Of a stretch of 64,000 bases of DNA, positions 12,945 to 26,085 are shown in pieces. The notes under the pieces are model-generated. The model was not told where the DNA came from and searched no databases. It saw only the letters and a list, made by a program, of their open reading frames with translations. The DNA lies in contig NW_024704743.1 of assembly GCF_018977255.1 (NCBI RefSeq), positions 11,286,001 to 11,350,000 on the forward strand, given 5' to 3'. Every line of letters starts with the position of its first letter. Within the stretch, counting starts at the first letter, position 1. Made by a program: the position numbers and the translations under genes. This DNA is from Callorhinchus milii. Its lineage: Eukaryota.

Positions 12945-15900
12945 AAAAGGGCTCAGTGACTCATCTGGAGTGGATGAGTCACTTGAGCAGAGAGCCAGGC
13001 ATTGTGAGGAGGGAACTGAGTGAGGTGGAACAGAGTGAGAATTCTGTTAAGGAATTTGGTGAGAGTGGGAATTCAGTACAGAGGGGGAAAGAGGTGCAGG
13101 TGAGAAAACATTTTTTCTCATATAACGTATATAACAATTGAATACTTTGTGTGTTGCCAAAGTTGCGAGATGTTTGCCTTCCAGGCCCAGGTTTTGAATT
13201 GATTCATCTGCATTAACTGCAAACTGGTAGATTCACTCAAGACTGAAGTGGTCAGCCTTAGTGAGCGACTGGCCACGTATTAGGGAGGGAGAGGTGTTTA
13301 TAAATGATGTATTAGAGGAGACCTTGCTCAGGGGCACATTAGGAGAGGCGTCCCTAGTACCTAGAGGAGGTGATTGGTTCTCTGTTAGGAAAGGGGCCAG
13401 AAGTCGTGGTCAGCTAATGGAATAGGAGCTCTCCAACAGTTTCTCTCCTCTGGAGAGAGATGATATGGAAGCCCAAGTGAGACGAGCAAGGGAGTGCCAT
13501 GCACCGAGGCAATCCACCACCTGCCAGAGAAGGAGGGAAGAGAAAGAGTAGCAGACAAGTTGTGATATTACAGGATTCGACTATTTGGTTCACAGATCGC
13601 ATTCTGTGCAAATTAGATCCAGAAAACAAAATGGTAAATTGACTCCCACGTACACGGGTTGAGGATCTGATGCCTCAGGTTGACCAAATGCTACAGGGAG
13701 CAGGCGAGGAACCAATTGTACTTGTTCATTTGGGAAGAAATAACATAGATAGAGATAGACCAGAGGTCCTGCATGCTAAATTTAGAGCATTAGGAAGGAA
13801 GCTAAAGAGAAAGACTTGAATTGTAGTATTTTCCAAAATACTAACCATACCACTGCTGGTGAGGAAAGACAGAGGGTAATTCGGCAAACCAATCCGTGGC
13901 TAAGGTATTGGTGTAGGGAGTCAGGCTTTTGTTTGCTCAAACCTTTTGGAATAGGGGGCTTCTATACAGACTGGATGGACTCCACCTAAACTAAAGGGGA
14001 GTGAAGATGTTGGGTGTTGGCAGACAGGATAGATAATTCAGTTAGGCAGTGTTTAAACTAGGCACAGGTAGGTGTAAGAGAGCACCTGAATCAATTACGG
14101 AAAACCTTAAGGTGTACCAGTGTAACGGATCTAACTCCAAAGGTTCGTGAAAAAGAAACAAAAAATGCTTATAAGGTAAATGGGAAAGGCAAAAACAATG
14201 GAGCTATAATGCAAGAAGTCTGACAAACAAGATGTGTGATCTGGAAGGTCTTATGGGGGTGATAGATTGGACATAATTAGCATAACAGAGATATGGTTGA
14301 ATGAATTCAATCAATGGGATACTCATCCGGAAGACTATGAACTATTTAGAAGGGCTAGTATTGGGAGAAGAGGAGGCGTTGTGGCACTATATATAAGCTC
14401 CATTATTGAGAGAGGATATAAAAAAGGAAAGGGCAGAGATAAAATCACTTTGGGTAGAATTAAAAGATGGTAACAGATGTAAGCTATTACTGGGGAGTCT
14501 GCTATAGACAGGGTCTTGATCTGGAACTGTGGGATGAGATGAGGAAAGCCACTAAGGGACCAATCATAGTGGTTGGAGGTATTAACTTCCCAAAATTGAT
14601 TGGGCTAATAACTTGTCTACTGGTAGGGAAGGGGTTTCTAGAATTAAAGGAAGACTGTTTTATGACTCAGTTTGTAAAAGAGCCAACAAGGGTACATAAC
14701 ATGTTGGATTTGATAATGAGCAAAAGGGACGACCAAATCTCCAACATAAAGGCGGAAGAAGCATTAAGCAACAGCGATCACAATGCAGTCACATTTGACA
14801 TCACAAGAGTTGGTGAGGTTATAAAAACCCAGTCGGAGCGGGGCTTGCAGGCTTAAATATGGCAATGGAAGTGGAGGACCTATGGAGTTCCTTCAAGGAG
14901 GTGACCATGAAAGCAATGGAACAATGTGTACCCATGCAAAGCAAAGGTACCAAGCTTAAAGGTACTCCTGCCTGGTTGGACTGGGCTACAAAACAAATCA
15001 AAAGAGGGAAAAAAAAGCATTTAAGGCCATGAAACACGGAAACAAGTCAGACTCAATACCAGAAGTCATGCCAGCACTGCAAAAAAGGCGTCAGAATGGC
15101 AAAGACAAGCTTTGAACTGAACAAGGAAAGAGATGTGAAGGATAATAACAAAACGTTTTTAGTTACATTAACAGTAGAAGAAAAACAAGCAATGGAATAG
15201 GGCAACTGAAGGTGAGTTCAGGAGACAACATGACAATTAATGCTGCACAGGCTGCAATAGTGCTAAATAGATTTTTTGCATCAGTCTTTACCAAGGAGGA
15301 GACGGATAACCTATCTGACCTGGAAGCAGAACTCAAGGATGTTGCAGAGAAAAGTTGCGACACTATTCATATCACTACCAGCATGGTTGCCCAACAGTTG
15401 TGTAAACTTAAGGTAAATAAATCTCAGGGGACAGATAAATTGCATCCGAGGATCCTTAAGGAACTAAGGTAGGAAGTTTCAGAAACGCTGGCACATCTTT
15501 CAAAAATCACTGAATACTGGAGAGGTGCCGGGAGACTGCAGAAAGGCAGATGTTACTCCCATTTTTAAGAAAGGTAACAAAAATGACCCAGGAAACTACA
15601 GACCAGTAAGTGGGTAAAATTATGGAGACTCTTATTAAAGATAAATTAATGGAGCATCTAGAGAGAAATAAATGATAGCCAATATGAGTTCATGAAGGGA
15701 AGATCTTGCCAATCTAATTTACTGGTTTTCTTTGATGGTGTGACAAGGCAGTTTGATAAGGCAGCCTGTGGTTGTTGTATATCTGGATTTTCAATAAGGC
15801 CTTTGATACAGTTCCACTTGAGAAGCTAGCACTAGTAAAAAAAAAAGCAGGAATCAGTAGAGGTATATTACAATTAGACAACTGGTTGACCGGAAGAACC

Positions 15901-16266
15901 CAGAGGGTGGTGGTACACGGAATGTCATCAGACTGGTAAAATGGTACCAGTGGAGGTCCACAAGGGTCTATTTTAGGACCTCTTTTGTTTAACATTTTTA
16001 GAAATGATCTGGAACTAGGAATCGCAAGCACAGTGGCTAGGTGTGCTATTTCAGTGAGCAAATTGTTAACCTGTGGAACAGGCTCCTGAGGCAGACATGT
16101 GTTGATTCTTTCAAACACAGATTAGATAGTTTTCTTTTAGGAAATAACAATATGGGATATAGTACATAGGCAGTTTGGGACATATGTGCATGCGACCGCC
16201 AGGAAGGTGGAAAGAAAACTAGATGGACCTTGTTTTTTTTTGTCTAGCATTTCCTATGCTCTTAAG
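12945..16266 (+). mobile_element. CR1 LINE, long decayed copy (ORF1 esterase-like and ORF2 EN/RT remnants)
   Basis: ORF1 SGNH-like pieces (VVILQDS, IVLVHLGRNNI). EN pieces (ISITEIWL, NSDHNAV). RT-region pieces (NRFFASVFTKE, GNYRPVS, PQGSILGP). Many stops and frameshifts, deletion near 16045. Confidence 0.88.
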
Positions 16267-16561
16267 GAACGGCTAGTCAGGCATCTACCACCAGAGGATG
16301 TGGTGACTGATGGGGTTCTCAACTGAGGTAATTGCTGTACCTCAGCTTGCTCAGCGTGCATGCTCAGATGCAACATAGATGCCTCTAGTCTATTGGAGGA
16401 CCACGTTGTGGCATGCCCTCCAATAGACGATCTTCCTCTTCGACCATGCCTACAGTCACCTCCCCACACCCTGGCTTGGCTTGGTGTTAAGCTCCACTAC
16501 TGTTGAGGACTCTGAGACTCTACCCCTTGTGAAGTATGCTTTATAAATATAAGTTGTTGTA

Positions 16562-16927
16562 GTGGAGTCCTGTAGCTCAGTGGTTAGACCACTCGCCTCG
16601 CAAGCTAGATACATGGGATCAATTCCTGGCAGGGTGAAACGTTGGGCAAGTTTCCTTACTCTACACACACGCCGCTGTTTACATAGCAATAAGTAGGAAC
16701 CTGGTTGTTAGTCGATTGGCAGATTGCCTTCTAGGGGTAAATAATAATAAAGTGGTCACTTCAATCCACGATTGTTTGTGGAACACTGCTGTGCGCAATT
16801 GGCTGCCACATTTCGCCCTCAAAATATACAGTCAAATCACTTTACAGTATATTCTGTGAAGAGCTTTGAGACATCTCGAAGACATGATAAGGCGCTATAT
16901 AAAATGCAACGGTTATTATTTATTATT
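16562..16927 (+). mobile_element. tRNA-derived SINE (family A), full length
   Basis: Head GTGGAGTCCTGTAGCTCAGTGGTTAGA (A box) with B-box-like GGATCAATTCC, body TTGGGCAAGTTTCCTTACT.., L2-like tail and (TTA)n. Confidence 0.9.
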
Positions 16928-17793
16928 TGTTCTGCTCTAAGCAGATCAAAGTTTCTATTTCATCTTCATACCTGGACAGTAAGGAATTGCACACTATCCC
17001 ATGATGGTTAGGCAGGTGTGTGGCAGGGATTCACAGCAGAAAACAATCCTGTCCTGTCCAACACATGTGTACTTCCAGCAAGAGTTATGTTAATGCTCTC
17101 AGGATTGCAAATATCACCAGCAACTGCCCTTCAAAAGCTGTAACTCGAGCTAAGTTCAGCACAGCAACTGAAATGAGCTAAATCAGGGATTCAATCCTGA
17201 TCTGAATTATGCAAAATTCATGCCAGCTATACCAAATGCAAGGATTAATATTACTATAGATCCAGTTTTGCAGCGCACTCGTCTTAACAGCAATTTGAGA
17301 TCAGGACAATATTTTCTCTAAAGAACTGAATTATTTCCTTCCCTCTAATTCACAATATTCAGACATTATTGTTATATTGTGAAATGATATTTAATAAAAT
17401 GGTATTACATAATAATCCGTCCTTCTTACCATCGCCAACCCTGCCACTTGTCCAGCCAGGCCTACCCTACCCTTTAGGACTTTGGCTTGCAAAATAAATA
17501 ACAAAATGAGGACGTATCAATAAATAAGTGGAATGACATTAGTTAGGTATTTTATTAATATCCTTTCCTCTCGTCTTCCGTCATCTATGAAGCTATAGCA
17601 TTCTGAATCACTAGCTTTCTGCAATCTGCAATTGGATCACGAGAACAGTAATTTCAAGATACATATCAGTAATCCTCTTTCACATTGTCTTCCAATAGCA
17701 ACAACAACAATCCAACAAAATTACATTTGAATAGCGCCTTTCACGTCAGGAGGACATCCCAAGACGATGGACAAACCAGCTTCAGACACATTG

Positions 17794-18425
17794 TGTGTCA
17801 TCCTGGCTCAGCTGGTAGCAATCTCGCCTCTGAGTCAGAAAAAAATAATAATAAGTTGGTCACCCAATTCAGGACTGTTTGTGGGACACTGGTGTGCACA
17901 ATTGGCTGCTGCGTTTCACCTATAAATATACAGTCAATTCACTTTACAGTATATTCTGTGAAGTACTTTGTGACTCTAGAAGACATGAAAAGTGCTATAT
18001 CAAATGCAAGTATTATTGTTATTATTAAAGTGGGTTAAGGGTTCAAGCCCCACATCAGGACTTGGAATTTATATAGTCTAAGATGACATTCCAATGCAGT
18101 ACTGGGAATGTGCTGCATTGTTGGAAGTGCAGTCTTTCAGATGAGATCTTAAACTGAGGCTCATTCTGTCCATTCAGGTGGATATAAAAGATCACATGAC
18201 TACTGTATTCAAAATGGGAAGGGGGTTCTCCTGGTGTCCTGGCCAACAAACCCTGAAATAACATTCACTTTGTGGTTGCACTGTATATGGGACATTGCTA
18301 TGCACAAATTGGCTGCCACATTTTCTTACAAAATACAGTCACTCCACTTTTAGTATATCCTGTGAAGTGCTTTGGGATGTCCTCCTGACGTGAAAGGCAC
18401 TATATCAAATGAAAGGATTATTATA
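17794..18425 (+). mobile_element. Deu-domain SINE (family B) with a nested family-A SINE 3' half (17841-18027)
   Basis: Head TGGCTCAGCTGGTAGC..CTGAGTCAGAA resumes after the insert at GGGTTCAAGCCCCAC. Deu-like core GCAGTACTG..GTGCTGCA..CTTTCAGATGAGA..CAGGTGGATATAAAAGATC..GGTGTCCTGGCCAA. Confidence 0.8.
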
Positions 18426-20329
18426 TCCCATGACGCTCCTTAGGTTATCCTCCTAATGCAAATGGTGCTATGTCAAATGTAAGGAATATCATTATTTTAT
18501 TGGTTCATTAGTTTCTGAGACGTGTAAACAGTACAGTCCAACTTCATAGTCCAGTGAAAATATGATGACAAAGCAATTTGATGAAGTCCGTAGGTTTTCC
18601 AACTCCCATGTGAATGTATATCCCAGCAGATTAATAAGATCCCAGAGCGGATACAGTTACATAATACAAAAGACACCACAACAACGAACTCCAAGCTAAC
18701 AACGAACAACAACAACAAAAATTACATTTGTAATTTTTCACATCAGGAGGATGTCCCAAGGCATTGAATTTTATGTGAACAGATCTTATCTGTAAAGATA
18801 ATGGCACTGCCAATATAATTAACTTGGATAATTGTGCACATGTCAACAGATACAGCTGTATTTAAAACAGTAAATAATCAGTGACTGTCCTCCATTGGAG
18901 GGGAAAATTTAATTGTATCCAAGGAGAGACGGTTGGCAACAGAAGATCGGAATCTTGTAAGCAAAGGAAGCCAATCCTCTGTAGCAGTTTTGGAGGTCTG
19001 ATAACTATGTGCCAGAGAGGTGTGCAGTACCTTACAGTACTCCTGATAATGGACTGGCTATTTGACTCATTAGTAGTTGTTGAAGGAGCAGAATAGTCAC
19101 TTTCCACTGTTAATTCCTGCAAATTAAAAGCTTTGTGGGCAGGGTGGACCTAGCTGGACAAGCAGTGGAAGCTTGCCTGTGTTCATGATAGTAAGCGGCA
19201 CAGTTTTAGCCAGTTAAACAGCTTCCCTAATTCACTCTTTGGAGTCCCTTAGGATTGGCTTTTTGCCAACCACATCTACAAACTCCAGGATTACATGAGT
19301 AGGGTGTGTTCCCCCTGGGAAAAGATTTGAGCACTCTGTACCAGATGAACAGAAACAATACTTACAGGATAATGCTGTTATATCGCTCCTCCCGAGGGCT
19401 CCTGTATGCTTATAACATGAGTGTCCTGTACACTGCAGTGATCAAAACAAAGGCATATTTCTGGTGCAGGACTAGCCAGCCACTCCTGAAGTGCCACTAG
19501 TAGAAAGTGGGAGTACGGGGTGGGGGGGCTTTTTCTGGAGACCTGTTATAATGTGGTATTTAAGTTTATGAATCCCAAATGCCGTGCATTATAACAAGGC
19601 TGTTTCGAAGGTGGAACTCTCAGTGGTCTGGAATAGAAACTATTAAGCATGGTGACAGGTTTCTACAGGTGTCAGATACCCAACTGATCAAAATAAAATT
19701 GAGGTCAACTATTGTGTGGTATTTGGTCACTCTATATGTTTACCTTTGTTATTAGAGATTCTTACTTTCATTTGTATATTTTTGTTTCCACCCCATAGAC
19801 TGGCAAAAAATTGGACTGCCTGCTGACAAGATTTACTTCTCTGCAAGGCAAGACTGGTCCTGCCAAACTTCCTTCCCAGGAGCATGGAAAATAACACTTA
19901 TGATTCATCTCACCAGCATGAATCATTGCTTGCAGGTCAAATGTTAAAATTTAAAATGTTAAAATGTGGCCAAAACCATTTAAAAATTATCCGTGCGCGA
20001 ACGACAAAGTCTTTGAAACTGAAACTCCAATTGGATTTGAATTCTAACAATCTTATTAGATTTGAGCTGCTATTTCAAGCATCCCTTCAAGCTCCCAAGT
20101 TAGTTGTAAAATAATAATGCTGGTGGGGTGTTCAACTCTCACTCCAGGATGAGTAAAAGTCCAAAGAGGATTGCTTCAGGATGAGAAGTCCAAAGAGGAT
20201 TATGATGGATGACATTGAAATTTAGATTGAAGTCATGCCCAGAATAATGGACAGGACAATAATAATCCCTGTAGTTGATATAGTGCCTTATAGCATCTCA
20301 ACCTTCTATAAAATTGCTTCTCCATAGCA

Positions 20330-20505
20330 ATTATTAATAATAATTCTTGCATTTGATATAGCACCTTATCATGTCTTCGAGACGTCTCAAAGCTCTTCAC
20401 AGAATATACTGTAAAGTGAATTGACTGTATATTTTGTGGGCGAAACATGGCAGCCAATTGTGCACAGCAGTGTCCCTCAAACAGTCGTGCACTGAGTGAC
20501 CAATG
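20330..20505 (-). mobile_element. SINE family A, 3' half
   Basis: Reverse complement of the shared body and tail. Confidence 0.8.
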
Positions 20506-22917
20506 TTTTTATTGTTAAGTGTGAAGACGATGCCCCAAATGTGAATGATATTAAGATGAAAGGATATCATGATCTCAGTGCAACACCCAAATCTGCAATG
20601 CTATTTTCTCCTCTTCCCCCTGCACAACCCCATCTACACACACACTCCCAGGCATTGAATACCTTTGCTCCTCTCTAGTACTGGGACAATATCCCACAAG
20701 CAGCAAATTGACATGGATTTGTGCCATGCTCACCTCTAAAAGCAGCAAGATACTTTTTAATGTATTCGTGACATACCAAAAGATATTGTCCCATTTGGTG
20801 ATTAACACGTGACAGACCCAACTGTCATAAGCACTTAAAGGAGTGGGTCCAAATTCTCCCACTCTATCCATGGGTTGGGCTTGGTGCTACAGCGAATAAA
20901 TTAATAATAATAGAGAATGACATAGTACTAGGAAGGAGAATGAGATAGTTCAAGAATTTTTCCCAGCCTGTGTAGTTGCAGCTCAACACTTGCTTGACGG
21001 TTGACATTGCCCACATATTTTCTCATCCATTTTGTACTTGTCTTCACTTCATGGTAAAATAGACTGATATATACTGTACTATCCTACTCATTCATAACTG
21101 GATAAAGTAAATCAATACTACCTGTTGAAATAAACCAATCAGCACAACCAAATGCTGAACAGGAGTCACGTTTTTCCATTAATCTGAACTCCGCAAGAGC
21201 TGGTATTTTTAATTCTTTACCACCGAAAATAGTCTTCATAGTAAAACAAAGTAACAAATACACATGCTGCAACCAGGGTTTGGGAAGCACTTTCACTATT
21301 CCACTGTGCATTCTTGGCCAAAACAACATACTGATCCAAACTAAACAATAATAAACAGGAACTATCAGAACCAGAAACAAAGATAAAGCCAGAGAAAAAA
21401 GAATATCAAACAGCAATTCAAGTGAATCTCTCTTATGTTTAGATTAATTGTGCCACTGATTTTTGGTAAGTTCTGATTGCTTTTATACATAAGATAAATA
21501 AGACATACAAAGACTTTCATTTGACTTCTGCTGCAATACTGTTCCGTCGACACACAGCATGTTGCATACTTGAGCAAGCTATTGGTGGCAATAACATAAC
21601 TGATGGCACACATCACAAGAGCTATACTCACAGTCCTGTCCTATTACGTTATAATATTTGTATCTGTGATTTATGTAAATGTACACTGTACATCTTTATT
21701 AAAGCCTGGGGGACATGTACTGTGGATCATTGTAATGCAACCAACTTTCTTTTTTAAGACCAGACAGTTCCTCAGAATGCCTTTTATGGTATGGAATCAT
21801 CCAATTGCAACGTGGTTCAGTATGATTTGTTTTTTCTGCTTCCTGAAAGAATTTGCAGCAATACTGTATTGCAACACAAGCAAATCATCTCTGTGATATA
21901 GTCAGCTAAAATAGTATTATACACTACACACCAGTCACCAGTACACACTTTACTCACTCGTCATTCTCGTGGCCAGACTGCAGTTGCCAATTCAGTGCTA
22001 AATGTGAATATGTTAATATTGCAGACTATATATATATATTCACCAGGAACTCAGGTGAGACTAACCAAAGTAATTTTGTGTAGGACACATGTTGCATTTA
22101 TATTGTCAGGAGCAAAGTCGCTTCACTATTGCCAGTACTGTATAATACTGTATAGAAATGTTGGTGTGGGAAATCCAATTTATATTTCCTGCCCTAAATC
22201 ATTTGAAATAGAACCAAAAAGTCCCGCTTCCCCTTCTCTCCTCACTGCCACCACCACCACGACGGGCACACACACGTCAAAATTGTTTATTACTTTTTAA
22301 AATAACAACCCTGCACATCAGAAAAACGTCCTAGGGTATTGGATAATCAGGGGTCTTTGGACCTGAGCTGACATTTGGGGTCAGGAAGAGTGGAGGGCAG
22401 GAGGGATGGGGGTGGGAGAGTGGTCAAAGAAGATCTTTAGACGGGACTTGAATGAGGCAATAAAAAAATGTTATTAACACACCAGTCACGGGTTTGACTT
22501 TTAAAATACACACACCAAATAGCCTGTTCCCAATTCATTGGATGGCTCAATAGCTTTGAACGGAACATGCAAGAACCAATTGATTTAAATTAGCATCTAT
22601 AGCATTCACACTGAAAGAAGATGCCAAGTGAGACTGAAGCTTGGTGTACGTGCTGGAAATCCTGTCGTTGTAGCTTGTGTTCTCTGTATTTGTACTGAGC
22701 TCCAGGTAATGCGATGCACAAGGCTCTAGTATGATTTCCGCTGGTAGATCCCATCTCAGTTCTTGTTATATTGTTATATTTGTCAACAAATTGCAAATGC
22801 TTTGTATATAATTCTGGACACCAGTATTCACTAGGGATGGACAATAAGTACTTGTAAATTGTCAGCACTGATCATATCCTAAAATTGAGTATAAAAATAA
22901 AATTGGCACCTGTCATC

Positions 22918-25450
22918 CAAACAACAACAACAGTGCCCTTCATGTGAGGTAGCATCCCGGAGCATTTCACAGTGGCGGAATCTGACACCGAGCCAGGGGG
23001 AGAGGAAATGAGGTGACTGTAAGCATGATCAAAAAGGAATGTCTTTAGTTGGGAATTGAAAGTGGGGAGGGAGGGGGCAAAGTGGAGGGGTTGAGGGAGA
23101 GAGTTTCAGAGTTTTGGGGCGTAGTGGCTGAAGGCACGGCCATTGATAGTGAATTGGAGGGGACGCGGAATAATCAGGAAGCCGGAGCCAGCCTAGCAGT
23201 GGCAATGGGTGGTGGAATGGGGAGTAAGCAAATCAGATAGGTAGGGAGGTGCAAGGGCATGACGGAAATTTGAAATCTTGAAATCGATCCGGTAATTGAG
23301 AGCCTGTGGAGTTGACAAGAACTGATTGTTCTGGTAGAGTTTTGAATTAGTTGAATTTTGAGGGAGGAGGGCATTGGAATAGTTCAGTCCAGAAGTGACA
23401 AACGCATGGACAAGGGTCTCGGCACTTTGGTTGTGAGCTACAGATGGAGGCGGCCAATGTGATAAAAGTGGTCCTGGTCAGGGAATGGATGTGTGGTAGA
23501 AAGGAAAGCTGGGGATTAAACATGACGCCTATGTTGCGCATGGGTTCAATTAGTCTGAGGGAGAGCTCAGGGAGGTTAAGGAGTTCAGACCGAAGGAGAG
23601 AAGATATTGATGGGAGTATGGCTTCCGTCTTACTGACATTCAGCTGCAGGAATTTTTCGCTCATCCAGGCCTGACAGGACAATAGCGGACTGGGAAGAGG
23701 AGAAGTAGAATTGGGTGCTATCCACATAAATGTGGAAATTGACCCCATATCTACGGATGACGTCACCAAGAGGGAACAAGTAAAGGAAAAGAAGGGGGCC
23801 AAGGATGGAGGCTTGCACAGGTGACCGGGCAGGGCCAGTAGGAGAAACTTTTTGCCAAGATACATTGTTGGCGGGTTGTTATGTAGAACTCAAATCATGC
23901 GAGTGCGGTCCCACTAAGGTGGATGAGGGAGTAGAGGCAGTGGAGGAGGTTGGCATGATCGACAAGTGTCGAACACGGCGGAGAGGTCCAGAAGAACGAG
24001 GAGACAGAGGGAGCACTAGTCACAGAGATATAATTTATTACTTTGACGAGCATTGTCTCTGTGCTGTGGGCTGGGAGGACATGGTCTGGAGGGGATCAAG
24101 TAGAGAATGGAGGGAGAGGTGTGTGCGAAGTTGATTGGCAACGACGCATTCCAAAACTTTGGCCAGGAAGGGCAGGTTTGAGATTGGTCTAAAGTTTGTG
24201 AGGTTGGAGGGGTCAAGGGTAGGTTTTTAAGAAGAGGACTGATGACAGGGGTGTGGGACAGAGCCTGAGGAGCGGAACTGGCTGATTGTGTCAGCCAGCA
24301 GTGGGCTGAGGAGGGGGAGCTGAGTGACTAGAAGCTGGGTGGGGAGGGGGTCGAGGTAGAAGGTGGTGAGCTTCACATGGGTGATAGTGGAGGAAAGGAA
24401 GGAGGGAGAGATGGGGGCAAAGGAGCATAGGATGGGGGCGGTGGTAGGAGGAGTGTGTACTGAAGATGGCATGGGGGAGCAGGAGGAGGCAGACAGACGG
24501 ATGTTATCTATGTTACAGAAAGTCCAGGATCTCTTTGCACTTGACATCTGAAGTGAGGATCAGTGGTGCTTGAGAAGGGGTGTGGAGGAGGTGATGTGTA
24601 CTGAAGAACAGGATTTTGGGGTTATTTTTCGTGGAGGTTTTTCGTAAAACCTGTTAGTTTTAGCTTGAGAGAGTGAGCAGTAGTATGTATGAAAATGCTC
24701 AAGCTACAGTTGGCAGTTAACTGTGAGGCTGGTTTTGTACCATCTGTGCTCGAGCAACCAGGTTTTGGATTTGAGGGAGTGAGGGTGACTGTTGTACCAG
24801 GGGATCAGGTAGCTTGGTGATGGACCTGGTTTTCAGTGGGTCACGGGAATTGAAATTTCAGGAGAGGTAATCGTTTAGCAACTTCTGGATCACTGCGGAT
24901 GGAAGACCAGATTGAGAGAAGGGCTGAGGATAAGCGAGAGGTTGTGAGGGAATCGGGGGAAGCTTTTTCCATGAGTGGAAAAAATGGTGGAGGGCTTGGA
25001 GGAGTGGAGGTTTATAGGAGGGGAGAGGGAGATAAGGAAGTGATCTGAGATGGCTTTGTCTGTGATGAACAGATCAGTGATGTCTAGGCCATGGGTCGAG
25101 GGGGTGGCCACAGTTGTGGGTCGGGGAGTTTAAGTGGAGGGTGAGATTCAGTGTATAGAGGGGGGCAGTGAAGTCAGAGGAGATGGGACAAGGGGAGTTT
25201 AGGTGAAATTAAAATCACCCATTATACTCAAGTGTCCTGTGCAGAGCCAAATGAATGAGATGTCAGGGATGAAGGAACCAGGTGGCTTGGGAGGACAATA
25301 AATGAGGAGGATTTTGAAGGACAGAAGGGATGGTACAGGGTTAAGTCTGCATAAGAGGGGAAGGAGCTGGAGGAATAGTGGGAAGAGCGAGGGAAGTTTG
25401 TGAGATGAGAACCACCCCACCACCGGGTTGGTTTGGGCATGGGGAGAAAG
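22918..25450 (-). mobile_element. L2 LINE, long decayed copy
   Basis: EN remnants (IMGDFNF, KAISDHFLIS) and RT remnants ([14 protein letters not shown]), with a (GTT)n tail at ~22918. Confidence 0.87.
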
Positions 25451-25852
25451 GTCAAGCGGTGGGGGGCGGGGGAGGCTTCGATCGGGGGACAGGGTCACCA
25501 GGGGACAGCTAGGTTTCAGCAAGCCCAAACAATTTCATCCTTGTTCAATACCCACACAATCCCGTGGATGTCAATGGAAAGTCATCAGAAATGTGGATCC
25601 TGGCTATTCCCAAACAAGCCTATCTGGTAAAGGAATACAGAATGGTGCCAAATTCCACCACTCCCAGGATTAAACCCAGCAGAGATCAGCAAACTGAACA
25701 CAAACTGGGGACCCAAATAAGTGTTTGTATAAATGATCTGCGATGCTACCCTGCTTGAGGAGAGCTATATAAATGCAAGTTGTTGTTGTTACAAAATAAG
25801 TTCAAAAGACCATAAACCCTTCAAAAAAAAGGCAATTTTAAACGCTTGTCAA

Positions 25853-26085
25853 GTGCTTGTCAAAGTCACAAACAACACCCTCTCTATCTGTGAGGAGAGC
25901 TCCCTCTGCCTCCTCGTCCTCCTGGATCTCTCTGCCGCATTCAACACTTGCATGGTTCGAGTCCTACTTAACCAACCACCTCCATTTCATCCCAGCAAAT
26001 GGTTTCTCCTCCCACCCCTACCCAATCACCTGCGGATACCTCAGGGCTCCATCGTTGGCCCTCTTCTTTTTCCTTATCTATATGC
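25853..26085 (+). mobile_element. L2 RT fragment
   Basis: [20 protein letters not shown] and PQGSIVGPLLF. Confidence 0.8.

Noticed and set aside
16562..16640. tRNA-like sequences with A and B boxes (also ~28780, 53870, 58438)
   Set aside because: They lack a complete acceptor stem and continue into SINE body and tail, so they are SINE heads rather than tRNA genes.
19355..19440. Strong minus-strand donor (GTAAGTA) suggesting an extra exon
   Set aside because: Upstream frames give no recognisable peptide, and the site lies within the unclassified repeat.
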